A stretch of 64,000 nt of DNA from an uncultured candidate division Zixibacteria bacterium (GCA_963713865.1 OY970208.1:544001-608000), one strand, 5' to 3'. Positions 20,201-30,571 are shown, numbered from the stretch's first letter. Translations and numbers: made by a program. The notes: generated by a model from the sequence alone, not told the origin.

Positions 20201-21170
20201 AACACCATTACGCATACCCTTAGGTGGAGGAGGAACAGACCTTCCTTCTTATTATACTCAATATGGCGGCTTTTTGATCAGTGCTGCTATTGATAAATAT
20301 ATCTATATCACTTTAAACAAAAGATTTGAGAAAAGCATCCGGCTAAGTTATTCCTTAACCGAGATAGTAGATTCAGTAGAGGAGATCAAGCACCCCATTG
20401 TCAAAGAGGCACTGAAACTTCTGAAGATCGACTCAGGTATCGAGATCACCTCTATAGCAGATGTCCCATCTAATACCGGTCTGGGAACCTCATCCGCCTT
20501 TACCGTCGGGCTTTTAAACGCACTTCATACTTACAAAAACGAAAAGGTTAATGCCAGAGATTTGGCTGAGGAGGCTTGCTATATTGAGATAGAGCTTCTA
20601 AAAGAACCAATCGGAAAACAGGACCAGTACCTGGCTGCATTCGGAGGGATAATCTGCTTGGATATTGACAGGTTAGGTACTGTCAGAGTGCTCCCGCTGA
20701 AACTATCTGAGGACACTTTAGACCAATTAGAAAGTAATACTTTAATTTTCTATACTGGAATCAAGCGATCTGCCTCAGAGGTCTTGGGTTCTCAGAGTAA
20801 AGATGCCAGCCTGAATCAGGATAAGGTAATTCAAGGAATGCACGAGATTAAAAAGATCGGTTTGGAGATAAAGGAATGTTTTGAAAAAGAGGATCTGGAG
20901 AGGTTTGGAAACCTGTTAGATCTGCACTGGCAGACCAAGAAAACTCTTTCGGATAAGATGACTAAGGAAAGGATAGACCAGTGGTATGAAATTGCCAGGA
21001 AGAATGGAGCTTTAGGAGGAAAACTTATGGGCGCGGGGGGTGGAGGATTCTTTATGTTTTACTGCAATAATGGTAAAAACGGCTTACGAAAGACAATGGA
21101 ACAGGAGAATCTGAAGGAGATGAGGTTCAGGTTGGATTTTGAAGGTTCAAAAGTTTTAATAAATATCTAA
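20187..21170 (+). CDS. hddA: D-glycero-alpha-D-manno-heptose-7-phosphate kinase (GHMP family)
   Basis: TPLRIPLGGGGTD, PSNTGLGTSS, GKQDQY, GGKLMGAGGGG. Confidence 0.85.
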   Translation: MIVTRTPLRIPLGGGGTDLPSYYTQYGGFLISAAIDKYIYITLNKRFEKSIRLSYSLTEIVDSVEEIKHPIVKEALKLLKIDSGIEITSIADVPSNTGLGTSSAFTVGLLNALHTYKNEKVNARDLAEEACYIEIELLKEPIGKQDQYLAAFGGIICLDIDRLGTVRVLPLKLSEDTLDQLESNTLIFYTGIKRSASEVLGSQSKDASLNQDKVIQGMHEIKKIGLEIKECFEKEDLERFGNLLDLHWQTKKTLSDKMTKERIDQWYEIARKNGALGGKLMGAGGGGFFMFYCNNGKNGLRKTMEQENLKEMRFRLDFEGSKVLINI

Positions 21171-21182
21171 TGGGGGGAAATT

Positions 21183-21849
21183 ATGAATAAAACCTTGACT
21201 CTTGCTACTACTTTTGAGGAAAGGCTTTCTAACCAGAACCTTTACTGAATCCTATCTGGAAGATATGAAAGAGATAGTCGATAAGCTCTCCGTCGAGAAA
21301 ATCGACAGGATAATCGAGCTTCTTTTTTCAGCCTGGGAAAAGGGAAGAACTATCTTCGTTATGGGGAATGGCGGTTCCGCCTCAACTGCTACTCATTTTG
21401 CTTGCGACCTGTCTAAATGCACCACTGTAGAGGGGAAGAAAAGGTTCCGGGTCATCTGTTTAAATGAAAATATCCCGCTGATGAGCGCTCTAATAAATGA
21501 CAACGGCTTTGACAATCTTTTCTCTGAACAGCTCAAAAATCTAATACAGAAAAAAGATTTTCTGGTAGCCTTTTCAGTTCACGGGGGGTCTGGCAAAGAC
21601 AAAGCCGGGTTATGGTCTCAGAATTTACTTAAAGCTATGCTCCTGGCTAAGGAGGAATATCAGGCAACTTTAATCGGATTCTCCGGGTTTGAGGGAGGAG
21701 CGATGAAAGAGGTTGCAGATGAATGTTTGGTGATACCCGCTAATTCCACACCGCAGGTGGAATCGTTTCATCTGGCTATGGAACATCTTATCTGCAACTG
21801 TTTAAGAAAAAAGATAGAGGATTATGAACCGGGCAGTATTTTTAGATAG
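21183..21849 (+). CDS. gmhA: Sedoheptulose-7-phosphate isomerase (SIS), probable +1 frameshift at ~21239
   Basis: GNGGSASTATHF, INDNGF, QVESFH; RBS+ATG at 21183 joins the main frame if one C at 21239-21240 is removed. Confidence 0.85.
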
Positions 21850-22426
21850 AGATGGGGTTATAAACCGGATAGTCTATCATTCGGATATGGGGGTTTTAGA
21901 TACCCCTTTTCATCCCTCTCAATTCAAGCTTTTGCCCGGAGTTGAAAAAGCTTTAAGGAAGATAAATAGACTCGGTTTCAAAACTATAATAATATCCAAC
22001 CAGCCTGGTGTTGCCAAAAAGCATATGAGCCTGGAAAATTTTCACCAGATAGATTTAAAAATGAGAAAAGAATTAGCTGAAAAGAAAGTGTTTTTGGATG
22101 CAGTCTATTATTGCCTGCATCATCCTCAGGGGGTCGATAAAAGGTTTAAGAAAATTTGCAGTTGCCGTAAGCCTAAATCCGGCTTAATCCTTAAAGCCGC
22201 GAAAGAGCAAAAAATTGATCTTGAAAACTCCTATATGATAGGTGATAGCCTTACTGATATCCAGGCCGGTGGAAAAGCAGGCTGTACAACTTTTCTATTA
22301 GGTAATCACAAATGTGACCTGTGTAAATTTATGGAAGAAAAAAATGCTAAGCCGGATTTCATCGTCAAAAACCTTTATCAGGCAGCTAAGTTTATAGAAA
22401 AAATGGTCCAAAATAATAACTCATAG
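21824..22426 (+). CDS. gmhB: Heptose-1,7-bisphosphate phosphatase (HAD IIIA)
   Basis: FLDRDGVIN, SNQPG, CLHHP...CSCRKP, MIGDS. Confidence 0.9.
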   Translation: MNRAVFLDRDGVINRIVYHSDMGVLDTPFHPSQFKLLPGVEKALRKINRLGFKTIIISNQPGVAKKHMSLENFHQIDLKMRKELAEKKVFLDAVYYCLHHPQGVDKRFKKICSCRKPKSGLILKAAKEQKIDLENSYMIGDSLTDIQAGGKAGCTTFLLGNHKCDLCKFMEEKNAKPDFIVKNLYQAAKFIEKMVQNNNS

Positions 22427-22444
22427 GATAGGAAGGGGGAAAAA

Positions 22445-23167
22445 ATGGAACTTTACATCGACACTGCCAATATCCAGGAGATCAAAGAGGCGTTAAGCTG
22501 GGGCTGTATCTCCGGCGCAACCACCAATCCCAAGATTATGTCCAATGAAAAAGGTGGATATAGTTTCAAACAGAAGATTCTGGAGATTGTGGAGTTAGTT
22601 AAAAACCCGGTAAGCGTGGAAGTAACCGAAGAGGATTTTCAAGGTATGGTAGATGAAGCAAAAATCTATGCCTCCTGGGATGAAAAGATCGTCATCAAAA
22701 TACCGATGGGGATTGAAGGTTTAAAAGCTGTAACTCAACTGGAAAGATCTGAAGGGGTAAGGACGAATGTCACTGCGATTATGTCTACTAATCAGGCTAT
22801 CTTAACTGCTCTATCCGGAGCATCTTATGCCAGCATCTTCTATGGAAGGGTCTCGGATATGGGGTACGATCCAGCGGAAGTTATAAAGGATACTTCCAGA
22901 CTTTTTAATGAGTTTAATATTAAAACCAAACTGATTGTGGGAAGTATCCGCTCCATGTTAGATGTCAACAAAGCCTTTTTTGCCGGAGCAGACATAGTAA
23001 CAGTTCCTTTCCCCATTTTGAAGAAGATGACGCAGAATCCAAAGACTGAGGAGACTGTAAAAGAGTTCAACTCAATTTGGAGAGAGATGAAAGAAAAGGG
23101 ATTAATTAAATTAGATGAGGAGATCCCTTCCAGAACCTTAACCTTTACCCTGGCAAAAGAGGCATGA
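22445..23167 (+). CDS. tal: Transaldolase (TalC/FSA family)
   Basis: YIDTAN, GATTNP, VSVEV, VIKIP (catalytic Lys), GADIVTVP. Confidence 0.85.
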   Translation: MELYIDTANIQEIKEALSWGCISGATTNPKIMSNEKGGYSFKQKILEIVELVKNPVSVEVTEEDFQGMVDEAKIYASWDEKIVIKIPMGIEGLKAVTQLERSEGVRTNVTAIMSTNQAILTALSGASYASIFYGRVSDMGYDPAEVIKDTSRLFNEFNIKTKLIVGSIRSMLDVNKAFFAGADIVTVPFPILKKMTQNPKTEETVKEFNSIWREMKEKGLIKLDEEIPSRTLTFTLAKEA

Positions 23168-24264
23168 AAATAGCTTTTATCGGACAGAAGGGGATACCTG
23201 CTACTTATGGAGGAGTAGAAGATTTTACTGAAAAAGTAGCGCTCAGACTCTCAAAAAAAGGGCACCAGGTAACAGTCTATTGCCGACCCTATTACACTCA
23301 AATCGAAGGGGAGTATAAAGGGGTAGCTCTGAAGAAAATAAAAAGTATTAAAACCAAGCACTTGGATGCAATCTCTCATACTCTATTCTCAAGTCTGGAT
23401 ACGCTTTTTAAGGATTATGACCTGATAAATTATCAGGGGATAGGACCTTCTTCTTTATCTTTCCTTCCAAGACTAAATAGTAAAACTAAAGTAGTGGTGA
23501 CGATCCATAGCTTAGACTGGAAAAGGAAAAAATGGGGTCCCTTGGCTAAAACCCTTTTGAGAGTAGCCGAGTATCCCTCTGTCTTTTTCCCGCATAGGGT
23601 AGCCACAGTCTCTCAGGAGTTGAAAAGTTACCTGGAGAAAAGATTCAGAAGGGAAATTTTTAAATTTACACCCGGGATCGACCCTCCGAATTATAGAGAG
23701 CCCCAGAGGATTAAAAGGTTTGGCCTGGAAAAGGAGAAGTTCATTCTTTTTTTAGGAAGATTAGTCCCGGAAAAAGGATGCCAGTATCTTTTAGAAGCTT
23801 TTAAGTATTTAGATACTGATTACAAGCTTTTCATAGCTGGAAACGGATTTTTCTCAGAGGATTACCTGAAAAAACTTCACCAGTATAAAAGCGAGCGGAT
23901 TATTTTCGGCGGTTTTGTAGAAAAAGAGGTTTTAGAGGAGCTTTTCTCCAATGCTTACCTGTATCTCCTTCCTTCGGAAATCGAAGGGGTTCCTCAGTCT
24001 TTACTTCAGGCTTTAAGCTACGGCAGATGCGTCTTAGCCAGCGATATTCCTGAGAACAAGGAGGCTATGGGTAAATGGGGTTTCTATTTCAGAAACAAAG
24101 ATGTAAAAGATTTAAGAGAGAATTTAACCTCTCTTTTAAGCGATAAAGAATTAGTGCTCAATGGAGGAAATCAAAGGAGCAGTTACGTCAGATCAAGATT
24201 CTCCTGGGACAGAACCGCAGAGGACTTAGAGAAACTTTTCATCCAGTGTCTGGAAAAGTGCTAA
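23164..24264 (+). CDS. Glycosyltransferase family 4
   Basis: GQKGIPATYGGVE, GRLVPEKG, LPSEIEG...ASDIPEN. Confidence 0.92.
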   Translation: MKIAFIGQKGIPATYGGVEDFTEKVALRLSKKGHQVTVYCRPYYTQIEGEYKGVALKKIKSIKTKHLDAISHTLFSSLDTLFKDYDLINYQGIGPSSLSFLPRLNSKTKVVVTIHSLDWKRKKWGPLAKTLLRVAEYPSVFFPHRVATVSQELKSYLEKRFRREIFKFTPGIDPPNYREPQRIKRFGLEKEKFILFLGRLVPEKGCQYLLEAFKYLDTDYKLFIAGNGFFSEDYLKKLHQYKSERIIFGGFVEKEVLEELFSNAYLYLLPSEIEGVPQSLLQALSYGRCVLASDIPENKEAMGKWGFYFRNKDVKDLRENLTSLLSDKELVLNGGNQRSSYVRSRFSWDRTAEDLEKLFIQCLEKC

Positions 24265-24277
24265 AAGGAAAAATAAT

Positions 24278-24946
24278 ATGAAGAAAATTTTTATTCCTAC
24301 AAATGGACCAGAAGATTGGAGGAAATTTTTAGCTGATCCCAATAAACACTGGAAACCAGGTTATTCAGCTCATGAACTGGCACGCTGTTGGGAAGAGACA
24401 GATGATTTCCCTGAGTCGGTGCGGAGAGTATTTAAAGATTCTGGAATAGATTTATTTCAAGATGTAAAATTATTGTTGGCTTTTCCTGAATACAAGGTAG
24501 AATTACCACCAACTGGAGGACACCCCTCACAAAATGATATTTTCATTTTGGCAAAAGGAAATTGTCAATTAATCTCTATAGCTGTAGAAGGAAAGGTGTC
24601 AGAAGGTTTTGGTGAAACTATAGCTGAGTGGAGAGTAAGCAATAAAGAAGGAAAACAAGAAAGATTGAAGTTTTTGCTCAGCAAATTACAATTGAGTGAA
24701 GATAATATTCTTCATGTTCGTTATCAACTTCTACATAGAATAGCTTCAGCCATAATTGAAGCAGAAAAGTTTGGGGCAAAAAATGCTTTAATGTTAGTTC
24801 ACTCTTTTAGTCAAAACGATGAGGGGTTTGATCATTATCGGCAATTTTCAAAACTATTCAATTCGGATGGTAAAATAAATTCTTTAGTATTTGCAAAAAA
24901 TATAAGAGGAATAGACTTATATCTTGGCTGGGTTAAAGAAGTGTGA
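24278..24946 (+). CDS. Hypothetical protein, DUF6946-like, possible PD-(D/E)XK nuclease fold
   Basis: HWKPGYSAHELARCW, SQNDIF...AVEGKVSE, RYQLLHR, LMLVHSFS; family recalled from memory. Confidence 0.6.
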   Translation: MKKIFIPTNGPEDWRKFLADPNKHWKPGYSAHELARCWEETDDFPESVRRVFKDSGIDLFQDVKLLLAFPEYKVELPPTGGHPSQNDIFILAKGNCQLISIAVEGKVSEGFGETIAEWRVSNKEGKQERLKFLLSKLQLSEDNILHVRYQLLHRIASAIIEAEKFGAKNALMLVHSFSQNDEGFDHYRQFSKLFNSDGKINSLVFAKNIRGIDLYLGWVKEV

Positions 24947-26520
24947 AGATAAAGGGTTTTATTAAATTTCTTTATAGGAAGATGAGAAAGAGATTAATTT
25001 TTCTATTCTTTTTACTACTAACTATCCCCTATCTGCCAATCAGAGCCGGTCAGATGGAGACTTTGCCGGTCGGGGATAAAAGCTATAGCTGGATATACGA
25101 TTTCATAGAAAAACTCTACCTCCGGGGTTATTTGAAAGAGATCCATATAGGGACCAAACCTTATTATCGGGGTGAGATTGCTTCTGCATTGCTTAATTTA
25201 AAAACAAAGATAGAAAAAGAGAGTCTTCAACTAAACCCTTTTGAAAAATATGTTTTTTCAGAGTTAGAAACAGAATTTGAGCCGGAGATGAAAAGCTTAG
25301 GTGATAAAAACAGATTAAAATGGGGGATAGATTTTCTGGAGAACAGCAATCTTACTTCCAACCACAAATCTATCTTCTATGAATCTTTTCTACCCTATCT
25401 CCAGGCAGATATGGGAGACAAATTCTCCTTAATCTGTCGTTACAGCATTGATGAAAATTTAGCTAAAGATTCCACTTATACTGGAAAGGTCTGGAAAGGT
25501 TTTGCCGGGGATGCGGTTCAAGCTTATCTTTCCTTTAAGTTACCCTGGTTTAATTTATTTCTGGGCAGAGAAAATCTTTCCTGGGGACAAAACTTGATAT
25601 TATCTCCTTCCTCACCACCTATGGATATGCTGAAGCTTGAAGGAAAATGGGGCTTTTTAAAGGCAACCTCCTTTTTTGCTCAACTCGACCCTGTGGAAAT
25701 AACTGATAGCACCGGCACGAGCGAGATTCGAAGATACCTGTCAGCCCACAGATTAAGTTTTAAGATAAAAGAGTTTTTGCAAGTCGGCTTTTCGGAGACG
25801 GTTATCTACGGAGGTAAGAACAGATGGTTTGAGCTTTATTATCTTAATCCCTTATTATGGTTTCACGGTTCTCAATTGAATGAGGGCGAAGATGACAATA
25901 CCTTTATAGGATTTGATTTCAATTTTACCCCATTAAAAAAATTTATACTTTATGGAGAGCTTTTGATAGATGATTTTCAGATAGAGAATAAAAGCGCCTC
26001 AGACAAAGAGCCGAACGAGCTCGGATATTCCATTGGCTTAAAAGCTGGCGACCTTTTAGGCTTGAACGGTTCTGAGTTCAACTTTGAATACTTGAGGGTA
26101 AACAACTGGACCTATAACCAGAAATATCCCTGGAATAGATACCTCTTCAAAAATAAGACGATTGGAAACCCCTTGGGTCCGGACGCAGACAATCTTTTCA
26201 TCTTAATTGGAGGTTATCTCAGAAAAGGGTTGGAAGCCAGACTTTCTTATGAGTTAACCCATAAAGGGGAAGGAAAAATTACTTCTGTATGGTACGAGCC
26301 CTGGCTTTATGTAGAAGATTACCGGGAAAAATTCCCCAGCGGGATTGTGGAGAGGACTGATGATTTCCAGCTTTCCCTTACTTATCATTACAGAAATTTG
26401 CTCAAGGCAACCCTTGCCGGTGAGTTTGTCAAAATTTCAAATAGTAATAATATCTCAGGATCAGACGATAATCAAACGGGACTCTCGCTTTTCATCCATT
26501 ATCATTTTGTAAGAAGATAG
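24943..26520 (+). CDS. wzi: Capsule assembly Wzi-family outer-membrane protein
   Basis: Signal peptide; LGRENLSWG, SAHRL, ETVIY, YGELLIDD, GNPLGPDA. Confidence 0.75.
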   Translation: MKIKGFIKFLYRKMRKRLIFLFFLLLTIPYLPIRAGQMETLPVGDKSYSWIYDFIEKLYLRGYLKEIHIGTKPYYRGEIASALLNLKTKIEKESLQLNPFEKYVFSELETEFEPEMKSLGDKNRLKWGIDFLENSNLTSNHKSIFYESFLPYLQADMGDKFSLICRYSIDENLAKDSTYTGKVWKGFAGDAVQAYLSFKLPWFNLFLGRENLSWGQNLILSPSSPPMDMLKLEGKWGFLKATSFFAQLDPVEITDSTGTSEIRRYLSAHRLSFKIKEFLQVGFSETVIYGGKNRWFELYYLNPLLWFHGSQLNEGEDDNTFIGFDFNFTPLKKFILYGELLIDDFQIENKSASDKEPNELGYSIGLKAGDLLGLNGSEFNFEYLRVNNWTYNQKYPWNRYLFKNKTIGNPLGPDADNLFILIGGYLRKGLEARLSYELTHKGEGKITSVWYEPWLYVEDYREKFPSGIVERTDDFQLSLTYHYRNLLKATLAGEFVKISNSNNISGSDDNQTGLSLFIHYHFVRR

Positions 26521-26528
26521 GGGGCAAT

Positions 26529-27926
26529 ATGATAAAGGAAAACGAATTTTTTTATAAAAGACTACATTTCTTGACAGACCTTTTTCTCACCATCCTGGCT
26601 TTATATTTATCCTTATATCTGGGTAGCCAAGACCAGTACCTGGAAAATATCTTTGTCCAGGAACTCTTACTTTTTATCCTTCCGGTCTGGAGTTTCTTTT
26701 TCTTAACTGATAAAACCGCCTATAAATATCGCCAGACCAGCTTAGCCCGGATATTTAAAAACCTTCTTTCTCCATATTTAAAAAGCTTTACCCTCTTTAT
26801 CCTGCTTCTTTTTATCTCAAATTCTCTGAACCAGAATTTTAAAATTACAGCTTTATTCTTTGGGTTCAATCTATTATTCCTGTCCTCTATAAGAGGAGGA
26901 ATCAAGCTTTTCTTAAAGATAAGAAATTCCAATGGAAATCATCTAAAGTATGTCTTGCTAATTGGAACCGGTAGCCTGGCTCAGGACTTTATTCAGAAAG
27001 TAAAAGAGAATAAGGACTGGAGAGTTAAAATCTCAGGTCTTTTAGACTGGGAGGAGTCTAAAAAAGGAAAGTTAATTTCCGGGATAAAGGTAATTGGTAC
27101 TCTGGCAGACCTGCCTCAGATTATAAAAAACTCTCATTTAGATTATATAGTCTATGCAGTTCCCAAAAGGTTTTTGAATACAATCGAGGATAGCCTTTCC
27201 ATCTGCGAGAAGATGGGTGTTTCAACCTGTATCTCAGCAGATTATTTCCCTAAAAGTTCTGCTAATCAGAAACTCTTAACCCTTGAGGATAAACCATTTA
27301 TTCTGAACAAACCTGCTCCAGGAAAAGATGAGATGATTTTAGCTAAAGAATTTTTAGACCGAATTTTATCTTTCGTCTTTATAGCTTTATTCTCTCCTCT
27401 TTTTCTTTTAACTGCTCTTTTGGTGAAATTAAGCTCAAAAGGTCCTGTTCTCTTCAAGCAGCAAAGAGTGGGATTAAACGGCAGAAAGTTCACTTTATAT
27501 AAATTCAGGACTATGGTGAAGAATGCAGAACAGCTTCAAAAAACTCTCTTGGATAAAAACGAGATGGATGGTCCTGTTTTCAAGATAAAAGAAGACCCCC
27601 GGATCACCAGACTGGGCAAAACCTTAAGAAGAACCAGCCTGGATGAACTACCTCAGCTTTTTAATGTGCTTTTAGGCGATATGTCTTTAGTTGGTCCCCG
27701 ACCACCGCTGCCAGAGGAGGTAATCCAGTACGACCTGTATCATAGAAAAAGACTTTGTGTAAAGCCTGGTTTAACCTGTCTCTGGCAGGTAAATGGCAGA
27801 AACAAGCTAAACTTTGAGAAATGGATGGAGCTGGACTTAGAGTATATTGACAACTGGTCTTTGCTTTTAGATTTCAAGATTTTACTCAAGACCATCCCGG
27901 CAGTTCTTTCTGGAAGTGGAGTTTAA
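26529..27926 (+). CDS. Priming polyprenyl-phosphate glycosylphosphotransferase (WcaJ/EpsB type)
   Basis: KFRTM, DPRIT, SLDELPQLFNVLLGDMSLVGPRP, KPGLTCLWQV. Confidence 0.93.
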   Translation: MIKENEFFYKRLHFLTDLFLTILALYLSLYLGSQDQYLENIFVQELLLFILPVWSFFFLTDKTAYKYRQTSLARIFKNLLSPYLKSFTLFILLLFISNSLNQNFKITALFFGFNLLFLSSIRGGIKLFLKIRNSNGNHLKYVLLIGTGSLAQDFIQKVKENKDWRVKISGLLDWEESKKGKLISGIKVIGTLADLPQIIKNSHLDYIVYAVPKRFLNTIEDSLSICEKMGVSTCISADYFPKSSANQKLLTLEDKPFILNKPAPGKDEMILAKEFLDRILSFVFIALFSPLFLLTALLVKLSSKGPVLFKQQRVGLNGRKFTLYKFRTMVKNAEQLQKTLLDKNEMDGPVFKIKEDPRITRLGKTLRRTSLDELPQLFNVLLGDMSLVGPRPPLPEEVIQYDLYHRKRLCVKPGLTCLWQVNGRNKLNFEKWMELDLEYIDNWSLLLDFKILLKTIPAVLSGSGV

Positions 27927-27949
27927 AATATAAAGAGACTTTCATGTGA

Positions 27950-28015
27950 CCGTCGTCCGCCTCAGGTGGACTGACCCGACGAAAAAAGTAGGGAGTGTAA
28001 ACCTTCAGGTTTACC
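27950..28015. repeat. REP-like palindromes
   Basis: GTCCGCCTCAGGTGGAC and GGAGTGTAAACCTTCAGGTTTAC; the latter recurs at ~38132, 42298 and 54718. Confidence 0.7.
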
Positions 28016-28084
28016 AGTTTATTTCCGATATTAAAAAAGAAGTAGGTTTTATCGAAAAACATCTATTTAGAAGGAGTAATTAAA

Positions 28085-29488
28085 ATGAAAAAGGGGAGAA
28101 TAATACTTTGTTCTTTGTTGGTTCTTTCTGCAGCCTGGTTAAGCTTATCATATGCATATGATAATTCAGGATATGGTGCCAGAGCTACAGGTTTAGGGGC
28201 TTTTGTAGGACTGGCAGATGACCCCAGTGCTATTTTCTATAACCCAGCAGGGATTTCCCAGATAGATAATCCCCAGATCTATTTTATGTATGACAGGAGG
28301 TCAAAATTTACTTTCGCAGAGAGTGAAAACCCATACCTTTTATCCGGAGTTGGGGTTTATCCTTTAAACCAGAAAATAAGAGTTTTTATGGGTGGAAGCC
28401 AGAAAGGTTCTTGGGCAGATCCTACTAACATTGTTACTAATAACCAGGGAATTATCGGAGTTTCCGGATGGGTTATTCCTGACCTCTCCCTGGGAATTAA
28501 TGGAAAATTTCTCTACAATTCAAATTATGGCAAGAAAAAAGGGGCTGACTTCGATTTGGGTCTATTTTACAGAGTCTCCCCGAAGTTCTCTTTCGGAATT
28601 GCTTTAGAGAATGCATTAGCCACAGAGATGATCCCGGAAAACTCTGACACCTTAGGATATGCAGTCAGGGAGGGAAAATTGGGTTTAGCTTATCATCTTG
28701 ACCTGGAAAGACATTCAACCATCTTAGCTTGGGATTTAAAGGTAAAAAATTCAACTAAGCCGGAGAGCAAAACCTATACTTTGACCTCCCTTGGGATTGA
28801 AGAATGGATTTTGACTGGAAATGATTTGAGCTTTGGGTTAAGGGGTGGGTATACCGTTGGAAAAGAGTATGAGCAGGACTTAAGCCAGCCCAGTGCTGGA
28901 TTATCCATCAAATATAAAGGCGAAAGCCAAACCTTCCAGTTAGATTACAGCTTCCAGAAATATCCTTATAAAAGCGATGAAGGACTGACTGGTGACCACC
29001 GGCTCTCCTTCTCCATACTATTCGGAGGTACAGGCAAGAAAAAACAAGAATATGATTTTAGCCAGAAAGATATTTACGAAAGAGTTCCTGAACAAATAAT
29101 TTTCCCAGAAAAGAAAGCAGAAGAGAAAAAACCTATCGCTGTTCCTACGGGCATTCAGACCTTTAATCTCACCTCTTCAGTTGAGGAGCTATCTTCTGGC
29201 AGGAATCGCACCCTGATGTTTATGCTAAAACCGGAGTTCGAAGAGCAGATAGATTCCTGGAAACTTTATGTCTGCCAGGATAAGCCCTCTGGATTTGAGA
29301 CTGACCAATTAAAACCAGTCCTGTTAAAAATTGTAGATGGAAAAGGCCTACCCTCTTCCGGCATCATCTGGGATTGCAGATATAACGGAAAAACACTCAA
29401 AAAAGGAACCTACTATTATGCTATGGAATTAGTTGATACCAATGGTCAGAAATGGTATTCCCCCTGGAAAACCTTTAAGCTGAAATAA
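28085..29488 (+). CDS. PorV/FadL-like outer-membrane beta-barrel with C-terminal FlgD-Ig-like domain
   Basis: GARATGLGAFVGLADDPSAIFYNPAG plug motif; beta-strands ending HRLSFSILF; C-terminal IWD...GTYYY. Confidence 0.65.
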   Translation: MKKGRIILCSLLVLSAAWLSLSYAYDNSGYGARATGLGAFVGLADDPSAIFYNPAGISQIDNPQIYFMYDRRSKFTFAESENPYLLSGVGVYPLNQKIRVFMGGSQKGSWADPTNIVTNNQGIIGVSGWVIPDLSLGINGKFLYNSNYGKKKGADFDLGLFYRVSPKFSFGIALENALATEMIPENSDTLGYAVREGKLGLAYHLDLERHSTILAWDLKVKNSTKPESKTYTLTSLGIEEWILTGNDLSFGLRGGYTVGKEYEQDLSQPSAGLSIKYKGESQTFQLDYSFQKYPYKSDEGLTGDHRLSFSILFGGTGKKKQEYDFSQKDIYERVPEQIIFPEKKAEEKKPIAVPTGIQTFNLTSSVEELSSGRNRTLMFMLKPEFEEQIDSWKLYVCQDKPSGFETDQLKPVLLKIVDGKGLPSSGIIWDCRYNGKTLKKGTYYYAMELVDTNGQKWYSPWKTFKLK

Positions 29489-29491
29489 ACC

Positions 29492-29880
29492 GTAGGGGCG
29501 AAACTGCGTGTTCGCCCTAAACGTTGGGGCAGGACATCGTCCTGCCCTTTTTTATTTATAGACATTAGGTTATCGTAGAGGGTTATGGTATACCGTGTTC
29601 CTCCCTTCAGGTAATCCCACCTTGCACGCAAGGTGGGACAATTAGATGTAGGATCTGCTCAGTCAGTATGTAGTTAACCCATATCCGCCCTTCGAGTACC
29701 TCAGGGTGGTGACAGTTCGATTTCTCTCACTGTCCCTGAGCACACTCGAAGGGAGTAAAGTCGAACTAAAGGACTGGTTGACAACCTGTTTTTATTTTTT
29801 TTGTCAAGCAGACTTTGCCATGCTTGACCTACATATTGTCCGATAAGTTTTTTTTCGTCGGGCATGAAATCCGACGCTAC
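29492..29880. repeat. Cluster of REP-like palindromes and a likely terminator (29527-29553)
   Basis: GTAGGGGCGAA..TTCGCCC; GGGCAGGAC-ATC-GTCCTGCCC-T6; CCCACCTTG..CAAGGTGGG; CCCTTCGAG..CTCAGGG / CCCTGAG..CTCGAAGGG. Confidence 0.75.
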
Positions 29881-29996
29881 ACCACGAAAAAATTCCATTT
29901 TCCCTTGACAACCCCCAAACTATCCCTATTTTATTACCCATCATAAATTTTGTTATTTTGTTTTTGTATTTTAAATTCAGACTTTGTGATTGAGAG

Positions 29997-30560
29997 ATGG
30001 TGAGATTAGTAGTAGGATTAGGAAATCCGGGTAGAAGGTATCAGAAGACTAGGCATAACTTAGGCTACCGGGTAGTTGACCTTTTAAGCGAGAAATATAA
30101 AAAGGGCTTCAAGGCAGGAAAGGGGGAATACCTTTACTGTCAGCTAAAAATTGAAGGTAAAGAGGTCTATCTTTTAAAACCTCTTACCTTTATGAACGAC
30201 AGCGGTCAGGCGGTTTTTGACTCCCTGAGTTTTTTTAACTTGACTCCGTCTGATCTTTTTGTTATATGTGATGATATAAATCTCCCCTTAGGTAAGCTAA
30301 GGCTAAGAGAGAAAGGAAGTGATGGAGGACATAAAGGCTTAAGCTCAATTATCTATCATCTGGTCTCGGAGGAGTTCCCCAGACTGAGACTGGGAATAGG
30401 TCCTCTTCCAGAGGATGAAGTATTAGAGAACTTTGTTCTAAAAAAGTTCAAAAAAGAAGAGGAAAAAAGCGTAGAAGAGATGATTTGTAAGGGGGCTTTA
30501 GCCGTTGAGAGTTCGATTATATTCGGATTAAAAGAAAGTATGAACCGATTAAATATGTAA
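29997..30560 (+). CDS. pth: Peptidyl-tRNA hydrolase
   Basis: GLGNPG...TRHNLG, KPLTFMNDSG, GGHKGL, RLRLGIG. Confidence 0.96.
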   Translation: MVRLVVGLGNPGRRYQKTRHNLGYRVVDLLSEKYKKGFKAGKGEYLYCQLKIEGKEVYLLKPLTFMNDSGQAVFDSLSFFNLTPSDLFVICDDINLPLGKLRLREKGSDGGHKGLSSIIYHLVSEEFPRLRLGIGPLPEDEVLENFVLKKFKKEEEKSVEEMICKGALAVESSIIFGLKESMNRLNM

Positions 30561-30571
30561 GGAGGTGAGTT

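Noticed and set aside
29446-29898. ORFs 29446-29631 and 29701-29898 (-)
   Set aside because: Overlap the REP/terminator cluster; no RBS or motifs
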